From positions 960,001-1,024,000 of the forward strand of contig OY829846.1 of assembly GCA_963691875.1 (NCBI GenBank): DNA of 64,000 bases. The letters are read 5' to 3'. Below the pieces are notes generated by a model. It saw only the letters and a list, made by a program, of their open reading frames with translations, did not search any database and was not told the origin of the DNA. This DNA is from Aureliella sp. (GTDB taxonomy: Bacteria; Planctomycetota; Planctomycetia; Pirellulales; Pirellulaceae). Below are positions 49,438 through 59,558 of this stretch, piece by piece (position 1 is the stretch's first letter; every line of letters starts with the position of its first letter). The translations under genes and the position numbers were made by a program.

Positions 49438-50044
49438 TTCGCCATGCAGCATCGCTATCGCCACAACTAGGGGGGAAGTCTTGAGAACGTTCGCAAGAAG
49501 TGGATGCGGTGACGAATACTGGAGCAAGCCGGCCTCTGCGGCTAGTCATTAAACAGCCGAAAGATTCCCCCTAACAAGACAAGAACACAAGGAAGAAAGG
49601 TGAGAGAGCTTGACGATTCCGGAACGGCCGCCGGTCAAAAAGCAATCGGAAAAACCGTCAATTTCCTAGATCCGAACTCCGTAACGCGCTCGTCCGCGCC
49701 ACCTTGGGCTGTCCCGGCACGAATCTGGCTGGGTAAAAGGTCAATAACAACCTTATAGCCCGCTGATTCGACGAGAGCATTCCTCTTCACGCAGCGAGAG
49801 GGAAAGCGGGCGTTTTCGACCGGAGCTACAGCAGCATCCCATTCTTTAAAAAATTTGGTGTCGTCTTGGTGCGTCGACCATTAAATCTTGCCGATCCATG
49901 CGGGTCCGTATCATGGGAAAAGTACTTATCGACGGGCAACAAGTTGTGGCTGACTAGTGAGCAATGAAGAACCCGACGCATCAATGAGAACAGCCAAATG
50001 TTCCATCCTACGCATCGGCTTATGGATATTTACACTATGTATCT

Positions 50045-51685
50045 TTAAGGACGCTCCACCATTAGCAGTCGGCGGCGAGCAATCTCCAAAACACGATCTT
50101 GCTTTTTCGTAGCCGCAACATCGCGTGGCTCCTGCTTTGCAACAAAATGCACTGGATCAGCTGCTTCCGATTCCACAGTTAAGGTAGGTTGGACACCAAG
50201 TTCACTGATTGCTTTGCCGCTTGGAGAATAGAACTTAGATACCGTCAACCGGATCCCGCAGTTCAAGTTTTTCGTATGGAATAAGCCTTGAACGCTTCCC
50301 TTGCCGAACGTGGTCTCTCCTATCACCTCTCCGCGACGATTGTCACGAATAGCCCCAGCGAGGATTTCGCTGGCACTCGCGCTCTCTTCGTTGATAAGCA
50401 AAGTCAAAGGAAGAGTCCAAGTACCACTGCGGGTCGCGTTGTAGTTCTGGTTCTCAATCCCGTTCTTCCCCCGGGTGGAGACGATTCGGCCGCTGTCGAG
50501 GAATCGGTCGGCCACGTCTATGGACGCGTCGAGCCATCCTCCTGGATTACCACGCAAGTCGATGATTAAACTCTTCATTCCCGCCCGATGGAGGCTCCAA
50601 AGTGCTGCATCCAACTCGTTGAGCGTCGTTTTCTGGAAGCTACTCATCTTCAAGTAAGCTACACCTGCTGCCTCATCCAGAATCCGAGCGCGCTCGACAC
50701 TGGGCACTTCGACACGCTGACGAACGATAACTAGGTCTTTCTTCTCTGCGCCGCGATGAAGCAACAGACGGACATGGCTGTTCTCCGGTCCACGAAGCAT
50801 GTCCGCTGCTCGTTCAGCCCCCACGTCCGAACAACGAATTTGTCCAATCTCCGCAATCTCATCGCCAGCCAGCATTCCCGCTTGTTCAGCAGGTCCACCA
50901 GGAATGACATTTAAGATTTTGAGTGGAACGCTGTGTGGCTGAAGAGCGATACCGAGCCCCACAAAATTGCCCTCAATCTGCGATTCCACCTCTTCCAGTT
51001 CGGACGCAGAAAGGAACGAAGAATAAGGATCGAGCAAGGCGATAGCCCCGAGAGTGAACTGAATGACCGTTGCTGTAGGCTGCAGGCCAATCTTCTGCTC
51101 AGCAGCTTTCGCAGCGTTTTGCACAATGTTGATTGCTTCGCTACGGGTCGCGACTCTATTCCGAAGTGTCAATTTGTGAATTGAAGTCCGAAAGGATTCG
51201 ATTTCCTCCTGCGTGCGTCCCTCGAGATGCGTCTTAATGAAGGATGGCTCCGTTAGGGCAACTTCAAGGTAGGCTGTACCGCCGCGAATGACCTCTGCCA
51301 AGTCGATCACATCTACGTAACTCATCTCGAGTCGAGTGAGAATTTCGCGGTAGAGCTCGATTGCTTCGGCTTGATCGCTATCGGCAACTAAACCGCCGAT
51401 GGCAGAATCGCCTCCGCGTCGAATCACATCATAGTGCAACCGACAAATTAGCAGGCGACGACGCAGCTCTTGATCTTTGGGGTGGGATCGAACCGCACCT
51501 TCGTAGTGTTGGATGGCGGCAACCCAATCACGATTTTGTTCAAAACTTAGACCATTATCGATCAGAGCTCGTACGAGACGTTGAGCGGACTTTCCTTCAC
51601 CGACAGACGCAGGAGATTGTGCGTAGGCGGGCAGAGCACAAAAAATTGCTAGGAACGCGAGACGAAAATGGGACAGGGAGATCAT
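50045..51685 (-). CDS. S41 family C-terminal processing peptidase with PDZ
   Basis: LDPYSSF, G.F.GLGI, GGPAEQAGM, LIIDLRGNPGG, SASASEI.AGA, TFGKGSVQ, GVQP. ATG 51685 preferred. Confidence 0.95.
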   Translation of the reverse strand: MISLSHFRLAFLAIFCALPAYAQSPASVGEGKSAQRLVRALIDNGLSFEQNRDWVAAIQHYEGAVRSHPKDQELRRRLLICRLHYDVIRRGGDSAIGGLVADSDQAEAIELYREILTRLEMSYVDVIDLAEVIRGGTAYLEVALTEPSFIKTHLEGRTQEEIESFRTSIHKLTLRNRVATRSEAINIVQNAAKAAEQKIGLQPTATVIQFTLGAIALLDPYSSFLSASELEEVESQIEGNFVGLGIALQPHSVPLKILNVIPGGPAEQAGMLAGDEIAEIGQIRCSDVGAERAADMLRGPENSHVRLLLHRGAEKKDLVIVRQRVEVPSVERARILDEAAGVAYLKMSSFQKTTLNELDAALWSLHRAGMKSLIIDLRGNPGGWLDASIDVADRFLDSGRIVSTRGKNGIENQNYNATRSGTWTLPLTLLINEESASASEILAGAIRDNRRGEVIGETTFGKGSVQGLFHTKNLNCGIRLTVSKFYSPSGKAISELGVQPTLTVESEAADPVHFVAKQEPRDVAATKKQDRVLEIARRRLLMVERP

Positions 51686-52168
51686 GCAGCTCTTCCGAGT
51701 TTGCGACTTCAAGTGCGATGCAAAACATTGCAAACCCAATGAGTCCGAAACGGAAGTGCCGTCAATGGCCCAGCTTGTGCGGAAGGATTTGCCCTGGGCA
51801 TGCCTCGAAGTGTGCTGTTCTGGAGAGATCGTCCGAGCAACGAGCATATTGCTTAAGACACTTTACCCCAGAACCTGCACTCTGCCTTCCGTGCACGAAG
51901 TCGGCCCGAGCAACTATAGGATGCTATTGGTGACCGGTCAAAAAACTTCCAGTGACTTTCTTGCCACAAATCTTACCTAAACGACTTTGTTGAATCGCAA
52001 AAATCCGGTTGTAACAGTTGGTGACGAGGGGCACCGCTAAATTCAGCCCTTGCGTTGCAAAATGTCAAAGTGTCTACTCGGCGGTCGATAAGTATCTGGC
52101 TAGATGTCCAGCGTTTCGCTCTTCACAAGAAACTCATTCTGAGTTTTGCGACAAACTCGGTAGCCGCC

Positions 52169-52393
52169 ATGCCCAATCAAACTGACGCCTCTCGCATCGA
52201 AGCACTTGAAATCAGCATCGCTCACCAGCAACGCCTATTGGAGCAACTGAATGAAGTGGTCACAGAGCACTCCAAAATCTTGATACAGTTAGAAAAGGCA
52301 ATACCCAAGCTGAGAGAAGAGCTGCTCGAGCTGCGTGCGGCACAGGACGCAAATTCCTCTCCACTCGCCAATGAGAAGCCGCCGCACTATTAG
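52169..52393 (+). CDS. slyX: SlyX family protein
   Basis: RIEALEISIAHQQRLLEQLNEVV...EKPPHY. Confidence 0.9.
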   Translation: MPNQTDASRIEALEISIAHQQRLLEQLNEVVTEHSKILIQLEKAIPKLREELLELRAAQDANSSPLANEKPPHY

Positions 52394-52547
52394 GCGCTGA
52401 TTCAACTTCTGCAGAATGTGCGTTTCGGATTCGACGAACGTATTAAGCCGCCGAACGTGATAGTAGTTTTTTGCTTTAATAAGCGGTGGAGATCGGCGGC
52501 TGAGCATTGGCCACAGGGATCAACTGAGATAGTTGACCTACTTTGCC

Positions 52548-54905
52548 TTACTCCATGTCACTGGTGTGGACAGTACTGCGATAATTCTGAAAGAATTCTC
52601 TGGCCGCTGGATGCCATTGCAAGCCTTGCCAATGAGCGGCTTGCTCTGCGGAGATGATTCCAGTTGCTGCAACCGTTTCCGGCGAAAACAGATTCCGCAA
52701 AACGGTTCTTACCAACACGGCGGGTGTATCACGGGTGGCGGCGAGATATGCCGTCGTTGTCACTGTCGGGATTCCAAGCTCAGACAGTCCACAGTCGGGG
52801 TAATGCTCTTCGGTCACCAACATTGGCTGAAATAATGTCGGCTCGCGGTGGGCTAGCTGTCGGTCGGGTAGCTGCAATAAATCGAATTCTCCGCGACTGA
52901 GCAAAGCAGCAATATCTTTCGAGCCAAGCCGAGATACTATGACCGCTGCATCAATGAGTAATTCCTCGTCAGATGGACCGTCCCAATCCTCCTTCTGTAC
53001 AGTGCTTTGTAGATCTCCTTCTTCTTTCAACGCTTGAAAGCGAAGTTCATCAAAGTAGGAATCGTCGATCATCAGTCGCCAGTCGAAAGCGACCTGCTGA
53101 ATATCCTTCAGCGAGAGATTGACGCTGGAGAGTAGTTTGCGAGCGATAGATCGATTCCCGGCCTGCGCCACACCAACGTTGACTCGTCTGCCTGCAAGCT
53201 CACTCAACGACGCGATACCTAGTCCACGGCGGACGAAGACATGCACTGTCTCGTAATAGAGCGGGGCGACCACCGCAACATTCTGAGCACCAATCGCGTC
53301 CGCTTGAAGCAGCGCAAGATCAACCTTCCCAAGTTCGAGCAAACTTCGGTTCTCCTCCGAACCGGCGGTTCGCAGAGCGACGGCGGAAGATCCAGTGTTA
53401 TCTTGCAAGCCAGTGCAGATCGACTCCGCCAGCACCTCGTAGCTGCCACCATGAGCGCCTGCTGCTACACGGATCTCACTCGGCATGAAATCTCCCCAGA
53501 TCCCCTTGGGGACAACCAACACCGCCCATGCAGCCAGCATGAGCAACAGAGCCGAGATCAAACCACGTTGGACCCAACGGTGAGCATCAGTAGGTTCGAC
53601 AACGCGATTGTCCAGCACCGCACCAAAGATTGGCACGCCAAGTAGCCAATACCAAGCTCGCCGAGCCTTAGACATTGGCCGGGCTTTAATTGGCTTGTTT
53701 TCGAGATAGCGATCTAAGTCATCTGCCAACGCTGCGGCAGAGGAATAACGTCTTTCGGGCGATTTCTGCAAGCAGACATCGATGATTGTTTCCACATCGG
53801 CACTGACACTCGATTCGACGCTCCGCGCAACTGGCGCTGGGCGATGAATCACATGCATGATCGTCTCGACAACCGAATTCGCCTTGAACGGCGGCTTGCC
53901 GGTCACAAGCGTGAACAGAATCGCACCCAGCGAATAGATATCCGTTGCATGATGCTGCTCTTCCACTTTGCCAGCAGCTTGCTCTGGCGACATGTAGCTT
54001 GGAGTTCCGAGGGCGGCGCCTTCTGCGGTTAGCCCCGAATCGTTTCCGACTGATTTTGCAAGTCCGAAGTCCGTAATGCGAACTTGATCACGATCGTCGA
54101 CAAGAATATTCGCAGGCTTGAGGTCACGGTGGAGAATTCCTTTCTCATGTGCATACTCGATCGCTCGAGCCACATCACGCACGTATCTTGCCGCAGTACG
54201 ACTATCGACCGCTCCCTCAGAAATGATTCTCGATAGGTCCGTACCGGGCACAAAGTCCATCGAAAAGTAGCTTTGACCTGCTTCCTCGCCACACTGGTAG
54301 ACCGTGACGATGTTTGGATGCTGGAGTTTCGCCGCACTTTTCGCTTCGGCATAGAACCTCCCGACCTCTTCATTGCTAGCTAGTGCACCCGAGCGAATCA
54401 TTTTGATTGCGACAGGACGGTCTAGGTTAGATTGTCGCCCTTGATAGACGACGCCCATGCCACCGCGCCCAAGCACTCTTTCCAAGACATAGTCGCCGAA
54501 CAGACAGGGCAAAACCGGTTGCGAGGACTCAATCTGGCTTAGGGTTTCTTTTTTTTTTGCGCCGTCAGGCGAGCCATCCCATGTATCGGGGTCAAGATTT
54601 TGTCGCACAGATTCCCAGTGCGGCAAAGTATCTTCCATGCGGGTCTTGTCCAATAAATCAGCGGGTCCATCTTTGGCAATGTCAGCTATCGTCGGTCCAG
54701 CTAACTCCTCAATCCAGTCCGCTGTGAAAAGGAGACCTTCCAACTGCTCGCGCAGCTCAGAATGCTGTTCCAAGAATGCCTCACGATCAGGAATAGAGCC
54801 TCCGTCACACTGCTGCATGAAGCGAGCCAGCGCTTCATCGACTTTTATTTCCTGTGGCGTTTCGCCACCGCTAGCGTTTTCGGGCTTTTCGTTCGAAGCG
54901 GACAC
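52548..54905 (-). CDS. Hanks-type Ser/Thr kinase fused via TM to a TAXI-type solute-binding domain
   Basis: Kinase motifs LGRGGMGVVY, VAIK, HRDLKPAN, DFG, GTPSYMSPE. TM GLISALLLMLAAWAVLVV. TAXI motifs AGAHGGSY, TAGSEEN, VDLALLQAD, PLYYETVHV, L.GRRVNVG, HPAAREFF. Confidence 0.85.
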   Translation of the reverse strand: MSASNEKPENASGGETPQEIKVDEALARFMQQCDGGSIPDREAFLEQHSELREQLEGLLFTADWIEELAGPTIADIAKDGPADLLDKTRMEDTLPHWESVRQNLDPDTWDGSPDGAKKKETLSQIESSQPVLPCLFGDYVLERVLGRGGMGVVYQGRQSNLDRPVAIKMIRSGALASNEEVGRFYAEAKSAAKLQHPNIVTVYQCGEEAGQSYFSMDFVPGTDLSRIISEGAVDSRTAARYVRDVARAIEYAHEKGILHRDLKPANILVDDRDQVRITDFGLAKSVGNDSGLTAEGAALGTPSYMSPEQAAGKVEEQHHATDIYSLGAILFTLVTGKPPFKANSVVETIMHVIHRPAPVARSVESSVSADVETIIDVCLQKSPERRYSSAAALADDLDRYLENKPIKARPMSKARRAWYWLLGVPIFGAVLDNRVVEPTDAHRWVQRGLISALLLMLAAWAVLVVPKGIWGDFMPSEIRVAAGAHGGSYEVLAESICTGLQDNTGSSAVALRTAGSEENRSLLELGKVDLALLQADAIGAQNVAVVAPLYYETVHVFVRRGLGIASLSELAGRRVNVGVAQAGNRSIARKLLSSVNLSLKDIQQVAFDWRLMIDDSYFDELRFQALKEEGDLQSTVQKEDWDGPSDEELLIDAAVIVSRLGSKDIAALLSRGEFDLLQLPDRQLAHREPTLFQPMLVTEEHYPDCGLSELGIPTVTTTAYLAATRDTPAVLVRTVLRNLFSPETVAATGIISAEQAAHWQGLQWHPAAREFFQNYRSTVHTSDME

Positions 54906-55046
54906 TCACTCGAATCCTGAAGGCTTACTGCAACCAACATGCAAAGAAAGGGGCAGATTAGGTAGTACGTTCCCTGCCCCACCGTCGCAGTTCTATGATA
55001 ACAGATTCGCCGGGCACACCCAATTCTTGATTCTTCAGCAGTTTTT

Positions 55047-55748
55047 TCAGGCCGGCTTGCTATCAGTCTCTTGAGACTCGAGAAATGCTGCTGTGGCGGC
55101 GATTTCGATGCTATTGGGCCTAGATGCCCCCTGGCGAAAACTGCCATGGAATTGCCGACAGCAGGTGCTCGCGACAAAATCCTTGACGATTTCGCAGTCG
55201 ACGCCGGCCCCGACAAGGATATCCAGTTGCTCACCGGCCGCCTTCTGCATTGCATCCAGTTCCTGGATTCCGTCTATAGCACGGGTGGCTCCGCCAGAAG
55301 TAAGTACGCGATCGACGCCCAGGTCAATGAGCCGTGGTAGGAGCTCAAGACGCGACGGCAGCGTGTCGACGACGCGATGCAGGACTAACTCCCGCCCCGG
55401 GGAGCGTTTTCTTATTTGTTCTAGCAGACTCCAGTCGAGTTCCTCCTCATTATCGACTGCCCCAAACGCGATCCCCGCAACGCCACATTCCATCAACTGA
55501 TAGCAAGTCCGCAGCAAACAAGCTTGCTCGAGCGCCGTGTAATGAAACCCTTCAGCATGTGGCCGAAGCATCGCAACAATGGGTGCCGAAATATTGTGCA
55601 CTAGCCAACGGCATTCTTCCAAGTCCGGGGTCAGCCCGTCCAATGCCAGAGCCTGATTGAACTCTATCCGCGTAGCGCCAGCTTCGACAGCGCGTACCGC
55701 GTCGTCAACCCGATCTACACAGACTTCCAACTCCCAGGTGCGTTGCAT
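55047..55748 (-). CDS. cutC: CutC family protein
   Basis: LEVCVD..A.RIE..L..GLTP, MLRP..GF.Y, LHR..D, RVLTSGGA..A.DG, GAGV. Confidence 0.9.
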   Translation of the reverse strand: MQRTWELEVCVDRVDDAVRAVEAGATRIEFNQALALDGLTPDLEECRWLVHNISAPIVAMLRPHAEGFHYTALEQACLLRTCYQLMECGVAGIAFGAVDNEEELDWSLLEQIRKRSPGRELVLHRVVDTLPSRLELLPRLIDLGVDRVLTSGGATRAIDGIQELDAMQKAAGEQLDILVGAGVDCEIVKDFVASTCCRQFHGSFRQGASRPNSIEIAATAAFLESQETDSKPA

Positions 55749-55753
55749 AGAAA

Positions 55754-56599
55754 TTAAGAAGAAGGGTGATCAGCAATCAGTTCGTACCACTGTTCGACGA
55801 GCCAATTTTCATGCTCGGCTGTCGCGGTAAAAGCCACATGGCGTCCAGCTACGTGAGTCTCGCTGAATGGAACGCGAAAATGATTGTCGCGAAGCAGTAG
55901 ATTACTTCGAGCAATCTTTTTGAATCCTAGCTGGTTGCATTCCCAATCCTCAAGGTGATGTTTCTCGCTCTGTTCATGGTACATCAAAACGAGACTGTTG
56001 TCGCTGGAGATTCCCTGAAGGCTTGCAGCTAAAATCGCAACACGATCCTTTATCTCTGGGTGAATCAACAACTCATGAATGAAGATAACATCCGTAATAA
56101 AGTGCTCTAAATTGAGTTCTTTACGAAACGTTGTGCCGTCGTTTCGCGTAAGCGTCCCTAGCACCTGAAGCCACGTCCCGCTACGTGCGTCGCAAATCGA
56201 TAGAACCGGATAGCCACACTCCTCTGCATACGACCAATCGAGTCTTTCAGCCCAAAGCCGCCCGACCAAGAATTCGTTCTCTGCCTCATCGGCCGTAACA
56301 CTGACCGCCGAACCGGCTCCAATATCGCTGTCAGATGGACTCTCCACAATCAGCTTTTCTTCGGAATCCGTTCGAACGCTGAAAGTAGCAACCTCATCGA
56401 ACTCGCCAGGGCACAGCATGTCAACTTGAATTGGAACAACAAAATCCAGTTCATCCTCCCGGGCAAGTGGCATTGATGATCTGATATCCAAGCGAATCAT
56501 GTCTGCAAGCAAGGTTTGTGTTGTTCGAGCATCCAACTCAAATGTTGGGTCAGCTGATAGTGAGACAAGTATGTCGAATTCGTCAGGAAGCGGCTGCAA
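55754..56599 (-). CDS. Acidic hypothetical protein, possibly degenerate GNAT-like fold
   Basis: 281-codon ORF ending 5 nt upstream of cutC. VIFIHELLIHPE and LGFKKI loosely recall GNAT motifs. Confidence 0.6.
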   Translation of the reverse strand: MQPLPDEFDILVSLSADPTFELDARTTQTLLADMIRLDIRSSMPLAREDELDFVVPIQVDMLCPGEFDEVATFSVRTDSEEKLIVESPSDSDIGAGSAVSVTADEAENEFLVGRLWAERLDWSYAEECGYPVLSICDARSGTWLQVLGTLTRNDGTTFRKELNLEHFITDVIFIHELLIHPEIKDRVAILAASLQGISSDNSLVLMYHEQSEKHHLEDWECNQLGFKKIARSNLLLRDNHFRVPFSETHVAGRHVAFTATAEHENWLVEQWYELIADHPSS

Positions 56600-56799
56600 C
56601 TCGATAGGAGGAGCATCCGAGATTCTACGAGAGCAACCCTTCAGAAGTCGCCAATTTTGATGAGCAGGATCATGTTAGTCGGAGGTTTTGACGTTACCAG
56701 ACCCTCTATTGGCCTTTGGCTGCTTTCCCGCTGGAAGGATAAAGCGAACTCCTTAAACTATGCCTAAGTTGCCTGTATCACCTTGAGGATCTTGAATCG

Positions 56800-57690
56800 A
56801 TGTTGCGTCGTGATTACCTAGTTCGAACGGGAAGCTGTGCTTTGGCTGCAGCAATGATTCGCCCCTCCAAATCATTGGCCGCTTGTGCGGCGAAAGCTAA
56901 GAATGGATTGGGTCTGCAGCTCTGGACCGTTCGCAATCAGATGGAAGCCGACACGCCTGCGACTCTCAAAGCAATTGCTGACGCTGGGTACAAACAGATC
57001 GAGCTAGGACGGGTTGTTGGAAGCGAAGATGTAGTCAAGCGAGCCAAGGACCTAAACCTCGAAGTCCGCAGCTCCTTCTTCAATTGGCAAACCGTTGCCG
57101 AACCAAGCTCCAATGTCCCGAGCGTCGACGAAGTCATCGACACAGCAAAAGAGTTCGGGCTGGAATACTTAGTCTTCGGCTACATTGGCAAGTCTGCACG
57201 AGACACAGCGGACAAACTCAGAGCCATCGCAGATCGCGCAAACGCAGCAGCTGAGAAAATCGTAGCCGCGGGCATGCAGATGAGCTATCACAACCATTCA
57301 TTTGAATTTGAAAAGATAGAGGGCGGAAAGACGGGTTTCGAACTGTTTGTGGAGCGTTTTGACGAGAAACTGGTTAATTTCGAGCTTGACGTTTTTTGGG
57401 CAGCGATTGGTGGATTGGATCCAGTTGAAGCCTTGCAGAAGCTTGGATCGCGCGTTGGTCAGGTGCACTTGAAAGATTTAAAGAAAGGCGCTGGCGTAAT
57501 TTACGATGAGGGCAAAGTTCCTCACGAAGCCTTTGAAGAAGTCGGCGACGGCAGTCTGGATATGAAGGCGATCATGGAAGTCGCCGTAAAGAATGGCGTC
57601 AGACAATTCCATGTCGAGCAAGATCAATCACCAGATCCAATCGCCAGCATCAGGCAATCCGCAAAGTACACTGCGAAGAATCTCTGGTAA
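56800..57690 (+). CDS. Sugar phosphate isomerase/epimerase (xylose-isomerase-like TIM barrel), Tat-like leader
   Basis: MLRRDYL leader. GLQLWTVR, YHNHSFEF, FELDVFW, HLKD, EVGDG.LD, VEQD. Confidence 0.9.
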   Translation: MLRRDYLVRTGSCALAAAMIRPSKSLAACAAKAKNGLGLQLWTVRNQMEADTPATLKAIADAGYKQIELGRVVGSEDVVKRAKDLNLEVRSSFFNWQTVAEPSSNVPSVDEVIDTAKEFGLEYLVFGYIGKSARDTADKLRAIADRANAAAEKIVAAGMQMSYHNHSFEFEKIEGGKTGFELFVERFDEKLVNFELDVFWAAIGGLDPVEALQKLGSRVGQVHLKDLKKGAGVIYDEGKVPHEAFEEVGDGSLDMKAIMEVAVKNGVRQFHVEQDQSPDPIASIRQSAKYTAKNLW

Positions 57691-57715
57691 GCGATTGCAC
57701 ATCGCAAAAATGATT

Positions 57716-58636
57716 CTAGGGCAATGCAGAATGCTGAGCTTGCTCAGATTCGAAAGCGTACCAGTCAACTTGGCAATCGCTTGCACCTGTTGCTCCGTAT
57801 CTTCGGGTTACTTGCACCCGAAAACCTAAGGGACTCAGCTGCAAGATCTTTGCATTCATGTTTTCATTGCTAAGCTCGAATTCGATATCTGGTGTGGCTT
57901 GAAAAACTGGAGAGAAGCCCTGCCCCAATTCCTGCGTATCCTGCCCCGGATTGAGTCGGATCTGCATCGAACCTGAAATGGTAAGCCCGGCTTCCCCCAG
58001 ACAGCTGCTGCTGGATTGCAAAACATTCTCAGCATCAGTCTGAGATGCCATTCCGGCGCAGGCAAGCTCAAGTGATTCAGCCCCGGCGAGAGAGCGAAGT
58101 AATTGATCGTTGCCGAATGCCGACACATCAACTCCGAGCTCGGATTCTTCACGCCGAGGCTCTTTGCCGCTTTCTTCGGTTAAGGCTGAGGTGTCTGCAA
58201 GATCTTTAACCGAAGTTATCGCGATACCTGCGAGCTGCCTTCTGATTATCGCAAAATACTCGGCAAGTAGCGGAAGCTTATCGGCAAGCAGCAGTTTACG
58301 TGTGACCAGCCACTCCGCCAGTATCAGTAGACCCATACTGGGTGCTGCCTCGGAAAATGAATTCGCGCTAAACGCTACAAAACCAATCCAATTACAGCTA
58401 GCTAGACTAGCCAGAATCGCAATGGCTTGACTTTCCTCGGTAGCTCCGGCAACCCACCGCAATGGGACTCGCAACTGAACGCCGAATCCAGCGACAAGCA
58501 AACTGAAAACACACAATTGGCTTGACTCAACACCAGAAGAGGCATCCTGAGCACTAAGACTGGATAGCCAAGCAACAGCCGCTAGTCCCACCCAAATGCA
58601 GCAGATGTAGAGCCAGAGGCGAAGAGGACTTTGCAA
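57716..58636 (-). CDS. Hypothetical membrane protein
   Basis: 306-codon ORF with about 4 N-terminal hydrophobic segments and a soluble C-domain. TTG start uncertain. Confidence 0.6.
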   Translation of the reverse strand: MQSPLRLWLYICCIWVGLAAVAWLSSLSAQDASSGVESSQLCVFSLLVAGFGVQLRVPLRWVAGATEESQAIAILASLASCNWIGFVAFSANSFSEAAPSMGLLILAEWLVTRKLLLADKLPLLAEYFAIIRRQLAGIAITSVKDLADTSALTEESGKEPRREESELGVDVSAFGNDQLLRSLAGAESLELACAGMASQTDAENVLQSSSSCLGEAGLTISGSMQIRLNPGQDTQELGQGFSPVFQATPDIEFELSNENMNAKILQLSPLGFRVQVTRRYGATGASDCQVDWYAFESEQAQHSALP

Positions 58637-58970
58637 GTGGTCGCTTTCGTTCTGAATTCGAGTTTCGTGACAGACTCGGCGAAACGCTAGAGGCGAATTT
58701 TGGCGAAGTCACCGCAAGACAAATTCAAATATATCCACTGCGTAGGCTGGGTAAAACACGACTGAAACGGAATTTCTTGCAGTTGTTTCTCACAGCCCTA
58801 ATTGCAGATACCTGGCATCACCTTCGGTTTACCCATTCGTCTAGAACGACCGAAAGCCACCCCGAAACTTTCTGACATACTCTTTCATTGGGGAAGGCTA
58901 CGAAGGAAGAATTAAGATTCCAATCGCTTGTCTTCGGCCTAACGAACGCAGCAATACTTTTGAGGGCAAT

Positions 58971-59518
58971 GTGAAGGGCGGTGTTTTTTTGCGAACCGTT
59001 CGAATTCGTGGAAAGCCAGTTCGGATACGAGCTAGTGGATCGACTCATCGATCTTCGTAAACTCAAGAAAGATGGAACCTACACACGAGTCGGAACCTAA
59101 TTGTGCTCCAAGCTGCTAGTCCTCGTCACCGCCCTCAGCGAAGAAAAGGGAGTGCCTATCCCGGATCTGGTCAAAGCCTTTGGACGGCACCTGTTTGGCA
59201 AGTTCTTTGCCGACAACGAAGAAACTCTCAAATCCTATCGCGACAGTTTTGAGTTGCTGCTTGCCGTTGAGGAGATCATTCATGTCGAAATCCGCAAGCT
59301 CTGGGCCACCGAAGTGTGAACAAACTTCAAATATGAACGTCTAACCACGAAACACGTGGTCATGACCTACAACTCGAATAGACCATTCGTAGATTTTGCG
59401 AGGGTCTGATTCTCGCCTGCATCGAACACTATCAAAATCAATAATTCTACGTCGCGAAGACTTGAAAGACGATGGGACGAAAGCCAGATTCTGCCTCTCA
59501 CTCAGTAGCGACGCTTAG
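58971..59518 (+). pseudogene. H-NOX (heme NO/O2-binding) pseudogene
   Basis: MKGGVF[fs]CEPFEFVESQFGYELVDRLI..GTYTRVGT*..LSEEKGVPIPDLVKAFGRHLF..IIHVEIRKL..*..MTYNSNRPFVDF[fs]EGLILACIEHY..REDL..GTKARF. Retains the proximal His and YxSxR. Confidence 0.9.
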
Positions 59519-59558
59519 CTCGCAGTATTTCCCTAAGCTCTTGCGGTACGACGAATCG

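Noticed and set aside
49636..50015. Minus-strand frame MRRMEHLAVLIDASG..WDAAVAPVENARF.. with three stops
   Set aside because: No recognisable family. Cannot be distinguished from chance.
57691..57710. Hairpin GCGAT-TGCAC-ATCGC-AAAAA as a terminator
   Set aside because: 5-bp stem with no U-tract 3-prime of the stem on either strand.
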